Both the position numbers and the translations under genes were made by a program. 64,000 nt of DNA from Candidatus Kerfeldbacteria bacterium RIFCSPLOWO2_02_FULL_42_19. GTDB lineage: Bacteria > Patescibacteriota > Patescibacteriia > HO2-48-17. Positions 47,161 to 57,313 of the stretch are shown here, piece by piece; position 1 is the first letter of the stretch; each line of letters begins with the position of its first letter. The DNA is taken from positions 251,149-315,148 of the forward strand of contig MHKF01000012.1 in NCBI GenBank assembly GCA_001818315.1. Direction: 5' to 3'. The notes under the pieces are model-generated. The model searched no databases, was not told the DNA's origin, and saw only the letters and a list, made by a program, of their open reading frames with translations.

Positions 47161-47849
47161 AGCAGAAAGAAATTATCGTGATTTCACTTGGTGGGTCACT
47201 TATTGTGCCTCAGCAGATTGATATTCGTTTTTTGAAAGATTTTAAATCTTTTATCGAGGCGCAGACTCGGGCTCTAAACGCCCGTTTTTTTATTATTGCC
47301 GGTGGAGGTCGCACGGCGCGTCTTTACCGCGATGCAGCTGCGGCTGTCGCGAAGCTCACGCCTGATGATTTGGATTGGCTTGGAATTCATTCCACTCGTT
47401 TGAATGGACATCTCTTGCGAACAATCTTTCGTCAGGTCGCACATCCGCGAATCATTACCGATCCGTTGCGAGATCCTTTACCGAGGTCTCATGATGTTGT
47501 GATTGCTGCCGGTTGGCGTCCGGGTTGGTCTACGGATTTTGTTGCCACAAAACTTGCTGAGCGTGTTGGCGCTCGGCGACTTTTGAATCTTTCGAATATT
47601 CATGTTGTGCACGATCGGGATCCGAAGCAATACAAAAAAACAAAGCGTTTTTCTCGCATGACATGGTCACAGTTTCGAGCGCTCGTCGGTTCACGTTGGG
47701 ATCCTGGTATGAATACGCCATTTGATCCTGTTGCGTCTCGACTTGCACAAAGACTTGGGTTGGAGGTGATTATTATGTACGGAAAAGATTTTGAAAACGT
47801 GCAACGTTGGTTGGTTGAAAATCGCGGTAAGGGCACGGTCATTGTGTAA
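47157..47849 (+). CDS. pyrH: Amino-acid-kinase-family protein, archaeal-type UMP kinase-like
   Basis: IVISLGGSLIV...FIIAGGGRTAR...VIAAGWRPGWSTD. Confidence 0.7.
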   Translation: MKQKEIIVISLGGSLIVPQQIDIRFLKDFKSFIEAQTRALNARFFIIAGGGRTARLYRDAAAAVAKLTPDDLDWLGIHSTRLNGHLLRTIFRQVAHPRIITDPLRDPLPRSHDVVIAAGWRPGWSTDFVATKLAERVGARRLLNLSNIHVVHDRDPKQYKKTKRFSRMTWSQFRALVGSRWDPGMNTPFDPVASRLAQRLGLEVIIMYGKDFENVQRWLVENRGKGTVIV

Positions 47850-47929
47850 ATTTTCTCATGATACGAGTCCTTTCATTGCATTTTCTAGCAGACTCGCTAT
47901 GATACAAATGAGAATATTTTTGAACCCTT

Positions 47930-48727
47930 ATGCTCTATAAAGAACTCATACAACTTGGACTTTCGGAAAAAGAAGCGAAGGTTTATCTTGCTTCTTTGGA
48001 ATTAGGTAAAGCGACGGTGCAAAAAATCGCGGAAAAGTCAGGCGTGAATCGCGCTACGACGTATTTTATTTTAGAGTCGTTACTCAAGCTTGGACTTGTT
48101 TCGACCTATGATCAGGACAAAAAAACGTATTTTAGCGCAGAGCCGCCGGAACTTTTGATTAATCTTTTAAAAAAACAAGAAGCTGAGATTCACCAAAAGG
48201 CCCGTAACTTTGAAAATATTTTGCCAGAACTGCGTTCCGTTTATAATCTTGCCGAGGATAAACCTCGAGTTCGTTTTTATGAGGGTAAAGATGGATTATT
48301 TGCGATTCAACAGGATTTTTTGCAGACGAATGATCGTAAGATCGAGACCGTTTTTTCACGAGACGATGTTGAAGAAGTTTTTACACAGCAGGAACGTGAG
48401 GAATATCTCAACAAGCGTTTAAATAAACAACTTCATTGTTTTGCTATTTATACACGAAAGGGCGGCTCATTTCTCCCTGATTCCGTGGGTCAAATGATGG
48501 CGGATGCGTATTATATTCCTTCTGATAAGTATCCCATATCATCAGATATCACCATTTATGATGATAAAATTGCCATGGCATCTTTACGCGGGAAATTATC
48601 AGGAGTGATTATTGAAAATAAGGAGATTGCGAATACTTTACGGAGTATTTTTTATCTTGCTCTTGAGACAGCAAAAACTTTTCGGAAAAAGGATTCATCA
48701 TCTGAGACTGATAAAACCCCATCTTAG
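47930..48727 (+). CDS. TrmB-family transcriptional regulator
   Basis: N-terminal wHTH (LGLSEKEAKVYLASLELGKATVQKIAEKSGVNRATTYFILESL), a coiled coil, and the TrmB C-domain. Confidence 0.8.
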   Translation: MLYKELIQLGLSEKEAKVYLASLELGKATVQKIAEKSGVNRATTYFILESLLKLGLVSTYDQDKKTYFSAEPPELLINLLKKQEAEIHQKARNFENILPELRSVYNLAEDKPRVRFYEGKDGLFAIQQDFLQTNDRKIETVFSRDDVEEVFTQQEREEYLNKRLNKQLHCFAIYTRKGGSFLPDSVGQMMADAYYIPSDKYPISSDITIYDDKIAMASLRGKLSGVIIENKEIANTLRSIFYLALETAKTFRKKDSSSETDKTPS

Positions 48728-49224
48728 AAAATTATCAGAAATGAATTGGCGACGCTATCGAAATCGATCGAATGAAGCGTCGCCGTATCTGGTTTTTCCT
48801 TCAGGAAAAATGTTTTTTTTCGGAGCCTCAAAGGATCCGATCTGTAATGTACTATTTTTTTTCGTTTCAGCCCCCCATACCCATATTTTACCTCCTTTGT
48901 TGTTTTTGTTTTTTTGCCCCGTGTGCGGTGCACCGTACATGGAGCAACTCTTGGTTTGGTCGGCCGAATTTTTCAATGACTAGTCCTCCGCAATTCACTT
49001 TCGAGACTAGCTAGTTTCAAATTAACAGCTGTCAAAAATTTTGTCAAGCACATGGTAAACTCACACGAACCTGAGAGTATTTTTTCATTTAACCCTTGTC
49101 TCTTTTTTGAGTTTATTCTTTGTTGAACTCCATTGTATTTATCAATATTTTTGACTTCATCGGTTTTTCTTGATATAAATGAAAGATTCATTCGAGGGCA
49201 TTCAGGCTTTTTCTTCTGAAGTCC

Positions 49225-50061
49225 ATGTCTTTGTTTCACGAACAACTCAAGGGTCTTGATTTTACCGATAAACAAATAGATATCTATCTGTATCTTTTAC
49301 GTGAAGTGCGTGCGTCGGCAAAACAGATTTACGAGTCGTTGCATCTCAATAAAGTCACCGCGTATAAAGTTTTGGATGAACTCGTTGAGATGGATGTGAT
49401 CGGTGTGATCCATGGCGAAGATGCTAAGCTCTATATTTGTAAACCGCCGGACCATCTCTGGAATGTCATTAATCGCAAACTCAAGACCCTGAATGAGCAA
49501 CGCAAGCTTTTGAAAAATGCTATTCCCGAACTTGTCGGTGAATATAATAAACACGCTTCTGCAAAACCACAGATTCGTTTTTACGAAGGCAAGAAAGGCT
49601 TAAGCGCCATTCGGAAGAGTTTTTTGGATGTGGCACAGAAGGAGATTTGTGGCATTTTCTCTGGTGACGATGTAGAACGTGTTTTTTCAGAAGCAGAACG
49701 TGTTTTGTTTTCTACTGAACGAAAAGCTCGTGGTATTCTGAGTCAGAGTATTTATACCCGCAGTCCCGGTCCGTATGCTGCTGCCGACGATCAGGCAATT
49801 CTTGCTCGGACGCATTATATTCGCGGCGAACGATTTCCTATTTTGAGTGACATCAGTATCTATGATAACAAGGTTGCGATTGCATCATTACGTGAACATT
49901 TATGGGGTGTCGTCATTGAAAATCACGCTATTGCCAAGACGCTACGCACGCTTTTTCTTTTAGCAGTTGAGGGCGTTCAGCATTTGCGTAGGTGTCAACA
50001 TCAATCTTCTTTCTCGACAGCGGCAACCCAAAAATCTAAAGTTACTACAAAACAAGTTTGA
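49225..50061 (+). CDS. TrmB-family transcriptional regulator (paralog of 47930..48727)
   Basis: Same architecture (DKQIDIYLYLLREV..., ...RFYEGKKGL..., ...SDISIYDNKVAIASLR...). It aligns along its whole length with the upstream paralog. Confidence 0.8.
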   Translation: MSLFHEQLKGLDFTDKQIDIYLYLLREVRASAKQIYESLHLNKVTAYKVLDELVEMDVIGVIHGEDAKLYICKPPDHLWNVINRKLKTLNEQRKLLKNAIPELVGEYNKHASAKPQIRFYEGKKGLSAIRKSFLDVAQKEICGIFSGDDVERVFSEAERVLFSTERKARGILSQSIYTRSPGPYAAADDQAILARTHYIRGERFPILSDISIYDNKVAIASLREHLWGVVIENHAIAKTLRTLFLLAVEGVQHLRRCQHQSSFSTAATQKSKVTTKQV

Positions 50062-50090
50062 CATATTTTTTGATCTCGGTATAATTCTTT
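50057..50090 (+). promoter_or_regulatory. Promoter (TTGACA-16-TATAAT) and leader of the rplJL operon
   Basis: ttgacatattttttgatctcggtataat, then an about 120-nt leader before rplJ. Confidence 0.55.
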
Positions 50091-50210
50091 TAAGCCGTAG
50101 AATACAGGTGTTCTCGTATTGCTTTTGCAAACCGGAACTTAATTGCCTGTCGAGGTAGATAAGATGATTGGTGTTTTATTTTATTCTGCGGTAGGTAACG
50201 CAGTTTTTTT

Positions 50211-50735
50211 ATGGCTAAAACTCGTACAGAAAAAGAAAATATTGTTCAGTCTTTAGGTAAACTCTTCAAGCAGAACGCAGGGATTGTGTTTGTTGCTTAT
50301 TCCCGAGTTTCGGTAAAGGATATGCTTGCGCTTCGTAGGGCCGTGAAACAGAGTCAATGCGGTGTGTCCGCAGTAAAGAAAACACTACTTACGCGTGCCT
50401 TAGTAATTGCTGGAGATACGTATGATGTCGGCACATTAAACGGTTCTGTCTTTGTGGGCTATGGCAGCGATCAAGTCGCTCTTGCGAAAGTGATCGATCG
50501 ATTTCGCAAAGAGCACGGAGAAAATATAAAGATGCTTGGCGGTATACTTGACCACACAGCGGTTTCGAGCGAGCAGATCATGTCACTTGCTCAACTTCCT
50601 TCACGAATGGAACTGACGGCACAATTCGTTGGAACTCTTGCAGCTCCGATTGTTGGGTTTGCACGAGTATTATCGGGAACAATGCAAAGTTTTGTGTACG
50701 CCCTGTCTGCTTTGCAGAAGAAAAAGGCTTTATGA
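50211..50735 (+). CDS. rplJ: 50S ribosomal protein L10
   Basis: KTRTEKENIVQSLGKLFKQNAGIVFVAYSRVSVKDMLALRRAV. Confidence 0.9.
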   Translation: MAKTRTEKENIVQSLGKLFKQNAGIVFVAYSRVSVKDMLALRRAVKQSQCGVSAVKKTLLTRALVIAGDTYDVGTLNGSVFVGYGSDQVALAKVIDRFRKEHGENIKMLGGILDHTAVSSEQIMSLAQLPSRMELTAQFVGTLAAPIVGFARVLSGTMQSFVYALSALQKKKAL

Positions 50736-50836
50736 AGTGCGTGTAGTGAGGGGTTTTGACCTTTGTTTCTTTCCTTGAGACTTATTGCAACGTGAAAGAA
50801 GCATAGGTGAAAACTTTTATCATTAACGTGTATTAT

Positions 50837-51277
50837 ATGTCAGACAGTGCGCAAACGAAGGATACTTCGAATGCAACAGAGGCAGTTATTGTGCCTGAAA
50901 AATTTGCTTCATTAGTTGAGTCTATTGAAAAAATGAGTGTGCTTGATCTCGCCGAACTTGTGAAGTTGCTTGAGAAGAAATTTGGTGTCTCGGCAAGCGC
51001 ACCGATGATGGTCGCGCCAGCAGCAGGTGGTGCGTCCGGTGATGGAGCATCGCAAGAAGAAGAGAAAGATTCATTTAACGTTGAACTTGCTGAAGTTGGT
51101 GCTCAAAAGATTGCCGTTATTAAAGTTGTGCGTGAAATCACCGGTAAGGGCTTGAAAGAGGTAAAGGATATTGTTGAAGCTGCACCGAAAGTAATCAAAG
51201 AAGGCGCTAAGAAAGAAGAAGCTGAGGAATTAAAGAAAAAGCTCGAAGCAGCTGGTGCAAAAGTGAATTTGAAGTAA
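50837..51277 (+). CDS. rplL: 50S ribosomal protein L7/L12
   Basis: N-terminal dimerisation domain, an Ala/Gly hinge, and the C-terminal domain ([53 protein letters not shown]). Confidence 0.9.
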   Translation: MSDSAQTKDTSNATEAVIVPEKFASLVESIEKMSVLDLAELVKLLEKKFGVSASAPMMVAPAAGGASGDGASQEEEKDSFNVELAEVGAQKIAVIKVVREITGKGLKEVKDIVEAAPKVIKEGAKKEEAEELKKKLEAAGAKVNLK

Positions 51278-51402
51278 TTTTTGTTCGTTGGTGTATAAAG
51301 TGAGAGGGGGAGGATGATATTTTTGGAGCACACTGTGCATTCTTAGTGCTCTGAAAATATCCGCTGCCACCTCTCTTTTATTTTTTCAATATTGCATTTC
51401 CT

Positions 51403-53079
51403 TTAAAGGATCTCCTGCTGATAGCAGGGATTGCAGAAAATTTTTTCCGGACGCTCGGGAGCATATGTCGTTTCGAATTCCGTGGGACAGCGATTTTCGC
51501 TATGTTCTGAATGTTTGAGATCGCACTGACATTGACGGTGATAGAGTTGCAGCGGGTAATGACGCTTCCACCGCTTTTGAAAACGGCAAGCGGGACACAG
51601 GAGTGGAAGCGGTAAGTGCAGCAGTTTCAGCAGTTTCAATTCAATACTTTGGATGCGATAATTTTTTTTGCATTCAACGCAGGCGAGGATTTTTTCGAGA
51701 ATTATTTCTGCAACTTTTTCAATCTGTGAGTGGATGTCGGTAGCCCGCAACGTTTCTTTTCCATACAAACCTGCGGATTCATCCTGCCAGCGCCAACCTC
51801 GTACAAGCACTTTTTTCTTTGTCAGAGGAAAATAATCCTGCGACATCGTTTCGTTGTAGGTATGAGGACTATATTGTACTGGAAGAAATTCTCCCCATTC
51901 ACCGTCGTCGCGCATTTTGTTAATAATCTTTTTCCGCAGATCGTGATATTTCGTCTCTGAATACTGTTGATTGAGAATGCAAAATCGTTTTCCGCGGAGA
52001 CCCACGCATCCAAAGAGGTGATCCGAATTTTCACAAAAGAAGCAATACGCGATGAACATGCAGTCAGGACTCGTGTAAGAACAGGCGGCGCTGTTGAATC
52101 GAATCCCAGAATTTACTTCGTAACTGTTTTGTGAACCTAGAGTATGGTTCACGCGATAACAGTCCTTTGTTTTGAGCATGCGGAAACATTCACCGCAATT
52201 TTCATTTTCTATCATGTTAAAGCCCAAACGGATGTTTTTTGAAGATTCGATTGCCTCGCCGACGACGTTTTCGCTCTTTCGAATGATCGCGAATTCAACG
52301 GGAAACTTCAGAGAGTGTTGCGCAAAACGTTTTCGGTGTTCTTCGAAACTCTCGCGGTTTTTAAGTGCTTCCGTAAGACGCTTTCGGTATTCCACTTCAG
52401 GCAGCGACTCGTTAAACCAGTAAAATTTTTTGTGTTTGAGATTCACGCATCCGAAACAATTCTGACAGTCAGTAAGGTCACGGCCAAGGTAACATTCGTT
52501 GCAGTTATAAGCTCGTGTGAGGAAGGCGGAGCGATAGGAATAATATGTATAAACGCAATCATAAACGAGTTCACTGTGATACACTTGTAATCCATCCGCA
52601 CAGTCTTTTGACCAGTCTATGTTGCGGGAATATACAATGTTTTCAAGTTCTAAACCGCTGAATACAAGATAACAGTCCTTGCCGTCGAGGACGTAATTGA
52701 CGTATTCTGAATTGACGTTTTCTCCTGGTTGCCAGAGATTATAGTGTGGCACATGTGTGAGTAGTTGGTGGAGTTGTTCGAAAAATGGTTTTTGCGGATC
52801 ATATGTTTGCGCATATTTCATCGGATCCCATTGGTCAGAATACCAACATGGTCGGCAATATACGTGCGCGTATGAAGCGGGCGAATACATTGCAATGATA
52901 TTTTTTTTACACAATTCGCATTGACGACGATAGAGTGATGCTTCGTTGCGATATGTCATCCGACGCCGGTGAGCATCGGTCGCGCACAGTGTTGGTTCCG
53001 GAAGTTCAAGCGCGTTGAGTATTTTTTTGTCCTCAGTAGCAATACTGAAAGAAGTTTTGCATTCACGACACGTAGGCAT
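51403..53079 (-). CDS. Cysteine-rich protein of unrecognised family, paralog B (556 aa)
   Basis: About 40 Cys, mostly in CxxC pairs: CRECK, CELCKK, CRPCW, CNECYLGRDLTDCQNCFGC, CGEC, CVEC..CPACR, QCQC and CNPC. It has no signal peptide. It aligns along its whole length with 53188..54858. Confidence 0.6.
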   Translation of the reverse strand: MPTCRECKTSFSIATEDKKILNALELPEPTLCATDAHRRRMTYRNEASLYRRQCELCKKNIIAMYSPASYAHVYCRPCWYSDQWDPMKYAQTYDPQKPFFEQLHQLLTHVPHYNLWQPGENVNSEYVNYVLDGKDCYLVFSGLELENIVYSRNIDWSKDCADGLQVYHSELVYDCVYTYYSYRSAFLTRAYNCNECYLGRDLTDCQNCFGCVNLKHKKFYWFNESLPEVEYRKRLTEALKNRESFEEHRKRFAQHSLKFPVEFAIIRKSENVVGEAIESSKNIRLGFNMIENENCGECFRMLKTKDCYRVNHTLGSQNSYEVNSGIRFNSAACSYTSPDCMFIAYCFFCENSDHLFGCVGLRGKRFCILNQQYSETKYHDLRKKIINKMRDDGEWGEFLPVQYSPHTYNETMSQDYFPLTKKKVLVRGWRWQDESAGLYGKETLRATDIHSQIEKVAEIILEKILACVECKKNYRIQSIELKLLKLLHLPLPLLCPACRFQKRWKRHYPLQLYHRQCQCDLKHSEHSENRCPTEFETTYAPERPEKIFCNPCYQQEIL

Positions 53080-53087
53080 ATTATGAG

Positions 53088-53140
53088 TTTTTAACTTGAT
53101 AATTCCGCGTCAGCTTGCTGCGCGGAGATTCATTCGAGTT
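53088..53140 (+). repeat. Conserved about 45-nt motif (family C), copy 3 of 3, in the spacer between the two Cys-rich paralogs
   Basis: ttttaacttgataattccgcgtcagcttgctgcgcggagattcatt, with the internal hairpin tccgcg...cgcgga. Confidence 0.7.
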
Positions 53141-53187
53141 GCTGTGGTTAACAGCAATGTTTACTTGATGTATGTATACGATGCATT

Positions 53188-54858
53188 TTAAACTATCTCC
53201 TGTTGATAACATAGGTTGCAGAAAACTTTTTCCGGACGCTCGGGGGCATATGTCGTTTCGAATTCTGTGGGACAGCGTTTGTTGGTGTGCGCTGGGTGCT
53301 TCCGAGAGCAGTCGCACTGCCTTTGATATAGCCGCGGAAAAGGGATGCGCGACAGACGCTCGTTCAAGCGACATTCCGGACAGATCTTCGGCAGAGGGAG
53401 TGACAACGTACGTAACACCTGCAACTCCTTTGGCTGAATGCGGTAGTTAAGATCGCACGTCGCACAGACAAGAATAGCTTTGGTAATATCTGACGAGGTT
53501 TGTTTGATCGAAGCGGGTATGTGTTCAATCGAGAGTGTTTCTTTGCCGCGAATTCCGCCATGATTGTTTTCAAATTGCCAACCCTTGGCAAGCACCTCTT
53601 CGCGTGTTAGGGGAAATAACTCAATCGCAGCCGAATCGTTGTAGGCATGCGGGCTGTATTTCACCGGTGGAAATTCACCCCATTCATCGCATTGTTGCAT
53701 GTTGGTAACAATCTGCTGACGTAACCGCTCATACTCCTCTTGAGTGTATTGTTTATTGAGAACGCAGAATTTTTTCTTTCTTAAGCCGACGCAGCCGAAA
53801 ATGTTATCACAATTGGCACAGAAGAAAGAATAGGCCATGAACGAACAACCCTCAGCCATCATGGAACAGAGTGTATAAGACGTGGTCAAACCTCCGCCGA
53901 TGTATTCGTACATGTTTTCAATAAAACCAGCATTACTCACACGGTACGCATTTTTAGTTTGATAGGTAATCCGATAGGCATCTCCTATATTTTCAGAATC
54001 CTGTAATCCGAAGGAATAACGCACATTTACGGCATTAAAGATCCCATCACCCGAGCAATTTTCGCTTTTGCGGATCACGGCATACTCGACTAGAAATTGT
54101 TTGGCATGTTCGGAGAAACGCTGTCGGTGCTGTTGAATGCTTGTCCGGTCCTTCAACGCTTCTTTCAGCCGGCGCTTGTATTTTGTTTCCGAAAGCGCTT
54201 CGTTATACCAATAAAAACGTTTGTGCTTCAGATTGACGCAACCGAAGCAGTCATGGCAGTCCGCCAAATCCCTGCCGAAATAGCAATCTGAGCAGCGCTC
54301 GCATCGTGTTAAGAAAGCGCTCTTGAAACTTTCGCGTGCGTAAACACAATCATATAAAAGTTCTGAACTGTGAATGAATATATTATCGACGCAGTCTCGA
54401 CACTGATCATTATTTTTGTTATAGACACAGCCTTCGGATTTGAGACAGGAAAAGGAGAGGTAACAATCCTTGCTGTTCCATGTGAAATTTGTATAAATAG
54501 AATTTACGACGTTCCCTATTTGAAATACGTTAAAGTTGGGCACCTGTTTCATCAGATCCAACCATTGATCAAAAAACGGCCGATTCGGATTATAGTCACG
54601 GCCGTATTGCAGAGGATCCCATTTGTCCGAATACCAACAATCGCGGCAGTACACATGCGCATACGAAGCTGGCGAATACATGGCAAGCAGAGATTTACCG
54701 CACATCTCGCACTGGCGACGGTTAAAGATGTCGTTCATTGCGATAGGCGAGCCGCCGCTGTAGTGAGTGTTCAAAACACAGCTTGGGTTCCGGCACCTGC
54801 AAAAGAGAAAGAATTTTTTTGTCTTCTGAATGGACGGAGAAAGATATGTTACATTCAC
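53188..54858 (-). CDS. Cysteine-rich protein of unrecognised family, paralog A (556 aa)
   Basis: Shares long identical blocks with paralog B: YSPASYAHVYCR, DCYL.FS, SELLYDCVY, SAFLTR, DCxxCFGCVNLKHK.FYW.NE, VIRKSEN, FGCVGLR.K.FC.LN.QY, DEWGEF.PV.YSPH.YN and RCPTEFETTYAPERPEK.FCN.CYQQEI. Confidence 0.6.
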   Translation of the reverse strand: MNVTYLSPSIQKTKKFFLFCRCRNPSCVLNTHYSGGSPIAMNDIFNRRQCEMCGKSLLAMYSPASYAHVYCRDCWYSDKWDPLQYGRDYNPNRPFFDQWLDLMKQVPNFNVFQIGNVVNSIYTNFTWNSKDCYLSFSCLKSEGCVYNKNNDQCRDCVDNIFIHSSELLYDCVYARESFKSAFLTRCERCSDCYFGRDLADCHDCFGCVNLKHKRFYWYNEALSETKYKRRLKEALKDRTSIQQHRQRFSEHAKQFLVEYAVIRKSENCSGDGIFNAVNVRYSFGLQDSENIGDAYRITYQTKNAYRVSNAGFIENMYEYIGGGLTTSYTLCSMMAEGCSFMAYSFFCANCDNIFGCVGLRKKKFCVLNKQYTQEEYERLRQQIVTNMQQCDEWGEFPPVKYSPHAYNDSAAIELFPLTREEVLAKGWQFENNHGGIRGKETLSIEHIPASIKQTSSDITKAILVCATCDLNYRIQPKELQVLRTLSLPLPKICPECRLNERLSRIPFPRLYQRQCDCSRKHPAHTNKRCPTEFETTYAPERPEKVFCNLCYQQEIV

Positions 54859-54901
54859 AACATCGCGGCATAGAGCAAGTTTATAAATGGCAGTTTTCCG
54901 A

Positions 54902-57160
54902 TTATTGACTGATGCTTACTCGGTAAAGCTGCACGTTATTAAGGAAGTAGAGTATTTTTTCGTCATTACTGATTGCGAAATCGCGAATGTCAGTGAATCG
55001 CTCGGAGATATATTGTCCGACGAGTTGTCCCTCTTTTGTGAGAATCACGATGCGGCGATTTTTTCCATCGAGTATATAAATATTTTTGCCTTCTTCCAGT
55101 GTGGTGATTTTTCGCGCTTCGGAAAATTTCGGTTCCATAGCGAATTGTTTGAATTCCGGATCTTTGTTACCGGCAAAAAGTTTGATGATTGTCCCATCTT
55201 TTTTAAGTACATAAATCGCGCCATCGATTGCGATTGAAACTGCGTCACGTATATCAACATTCGTATCGCTGATCCAATTCTCTCCTTTGCCGAAACCGCT
55301 CGCCGTTTTGATATGTTTTTGAATTTGATTTTTTTCGGCATCGAGCACGTACAGTCTCCCTCCATAGAAGTTCAGATCCGACGCTTGTTTTTCGCTTGTT
55401 GAAAATTCAACCTGAACATCTGTCAATGTTTTCTTTTCGAGATCAATGTTTTTCAATGCCGCGCCTTGAGTGAATCCCATCAAAACATCATTATTTTTAG
55501 TCATAGTTTTGATTGCATCTTGTGTTTCGGAATTCTCGACGAATATCTCTGGATTTTCGTCTTCCTTTGCCGTATACATTGTGCCGTTTGTCGCGTCAGT
55601 CACTAAGAATTTGTCTTGTAAAACCATGAGTGCACCAAGTGATAGATTTGCATTGATGCTCGAAAAATCCGCAACAACTTGTGCTTCGTTATCGAAATTC
55701 CGTATATGATTTATTTCATTCAGTTGCGTTTGTATTTCCTTTTTTTTCGGTTCGACTTTTTCTTGATATACAGAGATAGTTTCCGGAATGCTAGCCAGGA
55801 TTGTTTGTGCCTCAATCAGAAACGCACGGGCTCCTTCTTCATTTTTATAAAGAAGCGCAGCCTTTGATTCATCTATTTTTTTTGCGGCGTCGTCGATCTT
55901 CGTTTCATATTCCAGAAGACTTTTTTCTTCCTCACGTTTGCTGCCTTGATGCATAATACTTTGTGCGAAAAGTACTATGAAAATGATAGACAAGAGCAAT
56001 AAAATTTTTCTCGGCCGAGACAGTCTTTGGAAAGCGAGGATGATTCTTGCAAGTATACCCCCTGTTCTTTGTGGAAAATGCACCATTTTTGCGGGGAATC
56101 TTTTGACTTTGTCTTTTTGTAATAGGCTCCACACGCTTCGTAACAATATACTGAGTCCCTTTGTTATCCAGTATGTGATTTTTTTGCATCCTTCAAATAT
56201 CAAGAGGAGTGCGCGTTTCATTGATGGTGGGATGTGTTGCTTGGATTGTTTTTTTTCTTCTTTTTTGTCCTCTTGTTTCGCAGGTGTGAAGTATTTTTGA
56301 TTATTTTTTTCTTTGAAAGAAGACAAATTTGTTTTTATTTTTGGCCAGAGAGATGGAGTTAAGAGTTCGTGAGTAGTTTGTTCTTTTTGTATGAGACTTT
56401 GCATGGAATCTTGCACTTCGTCCGTAAGTGTTTCCTTTGTTCCAGTGATGAAATTCGTTCCCGACAAGACTTCACTTTCAGTTTTTACAATAATCCCAGC
56501 GAAATTATGAGTTTGGCTTTGAGAGAGAATTTCGGTAAAATTTCGTATCGCCTCCTCGGTCGTATTCTCTTGGATAATCCGTTTTATTTTTTCTTGCGAA
56601 AAAAAGTCTAAAATACTCTCAGTGCTAAAAAACATACTATCACCTTCGCGAATATTCCCTGAAAGAATACTTGAAAAGAGTTTGAGTGGATTTACGTTAG
56701 CATGTGTATTCTCTTGCTGGAGAATATCCAGAATACGATCGTTTTGTATGAGAAATCCTTGTACTTTACCAGCCGATGTGATGTGCACTTCCTGATCTTT
56801 TGCAATCGCAATGATCGCATGGAAGTGCTTGAACCATTCGTCGCCGTACGCAGCGGTAATATTTTGCAAAAGTTGATTTGTTTGTTGTAAGGCATTTTCA
56901 AATGCGACTTCGATAATAAATTCTTCTGCGCAATAATAGTTGGTCGCTATACTTTTTTGGATTTTGGTAAATATCTCATCAGCTTTGTTTTGAAAATTTG
57001 TAAGCTCAAGCAATAAAAAAAGCTTCCCGAAGTTTTTTTCTTCCAAGGGAGTGGGTTGAGCGATAAAAATATGGCACGCCGATCCTTGAGCTGTGTTGTT
57101 GACTATAAATTCTTGGAATTTCAATCTCGGCTGTGATTTTGTGAGTGTGTTTGACTTCAT
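54902..57160 (-). CDS. Transmembrane signalling protein: cytoplasmic PP2C-like (possibly degenerate) domain, TM segment, extracytoplasmic beta-propeller-like domain
   Basis: N-terminal blocks resemble the PPM fold (KLFLLLEL, AIIAIAKDQEVHITSAGKVQGFLI, GDSMFFSTESILDFF). There is a TM segment (ILLLLSIIFIVLFAQSI). The C-terminus has repeated blade motifs (GRLYVLDAEKNQI, GAIYVLKKDGTII, KNIYILDGKNRRIVIL). The domain assignment is tentative. Confidence 0.5.
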   Translation of the reverse strand: MKSNTLTKSQPRLKFQEFIVNNTAQGSACHIFIAQPTPLEEKNFGKLFLLLELTNFQNKADEIFTKIQKSIATNYYCAEEFIIEVAFENALQQTNQLLQNITAAYGDEWFKHFHAIIAIAKDQEVHITSAGKVQGFLIQNDRILDILQQENTHANVNPLKLFSSILSGNIREGDSMFFSTESILDFFSQEKIKRIIQENTTEEAIRNFTEILSQSQTHNFAGIIVKTESEVLSGTNFITGTKETLTDEVQDSMQSLIQKEQTTHELLTPSLWPKIKTNLSSFKEKNNQKYFTPAKQEDKKEEKKQSKQHIPPSMKRALLLIFEGCKKITYWITKGLSILLRSVWSLLQKDKVKRFPAKMVHFPQRTGGILARIILAFQRLSRPRKILLLLSIIFIVLFAQSIMHQGSKREEEKSLLEYETKIDDAAKKIDESKAALLYKNEEGARAFLIEAQTILASIPETISVYQEKVEPKKKEIQTQLNEINHIRNFDNEAQVVADFSSINANLSLGALMVLQDKFLVTDATNGTMYTAKEDENPEIFVENSETQDAIKTMTKNNDVLMGFTQGAALKNIDLEKKTLTDVQVEFSTSEKQASDLNFYGGRLYVLDAEKNQIQKHIKTASGFGKGENWISDTNVDIRDAVSIAIDGAIYVLKKDGTIIKLFAGNKDPEFKQFAMEPKFSEARKITTLEEGKNIYILDGKNRRIVILTKEGQLVGQYISERFTDIRDFAISNDEKILYFLNNVQLYRVSISQ

Positions 57161-57313
57161 GAGTATGATAATGTTGTTATTGTAGCGGAACTCTTTTCTT
57201 TATTCAAGATTTTTTTATTATGAAATTTTTTTTATTTTTTGTCAATAAATTTTCAAAAAAACACAAGTGTTCTATAATAATCTCAGTTCTGATGAATTTT
57301 AATACTCCACGAT

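Noticed and set aside
6160-51380. CRISPR array interpretation of the recurring repeats
   Set aside because: The repeats are long palindromes dispersed kilobases apart. They are not short direct repeats with regular unique spacers. No cas genes are present.
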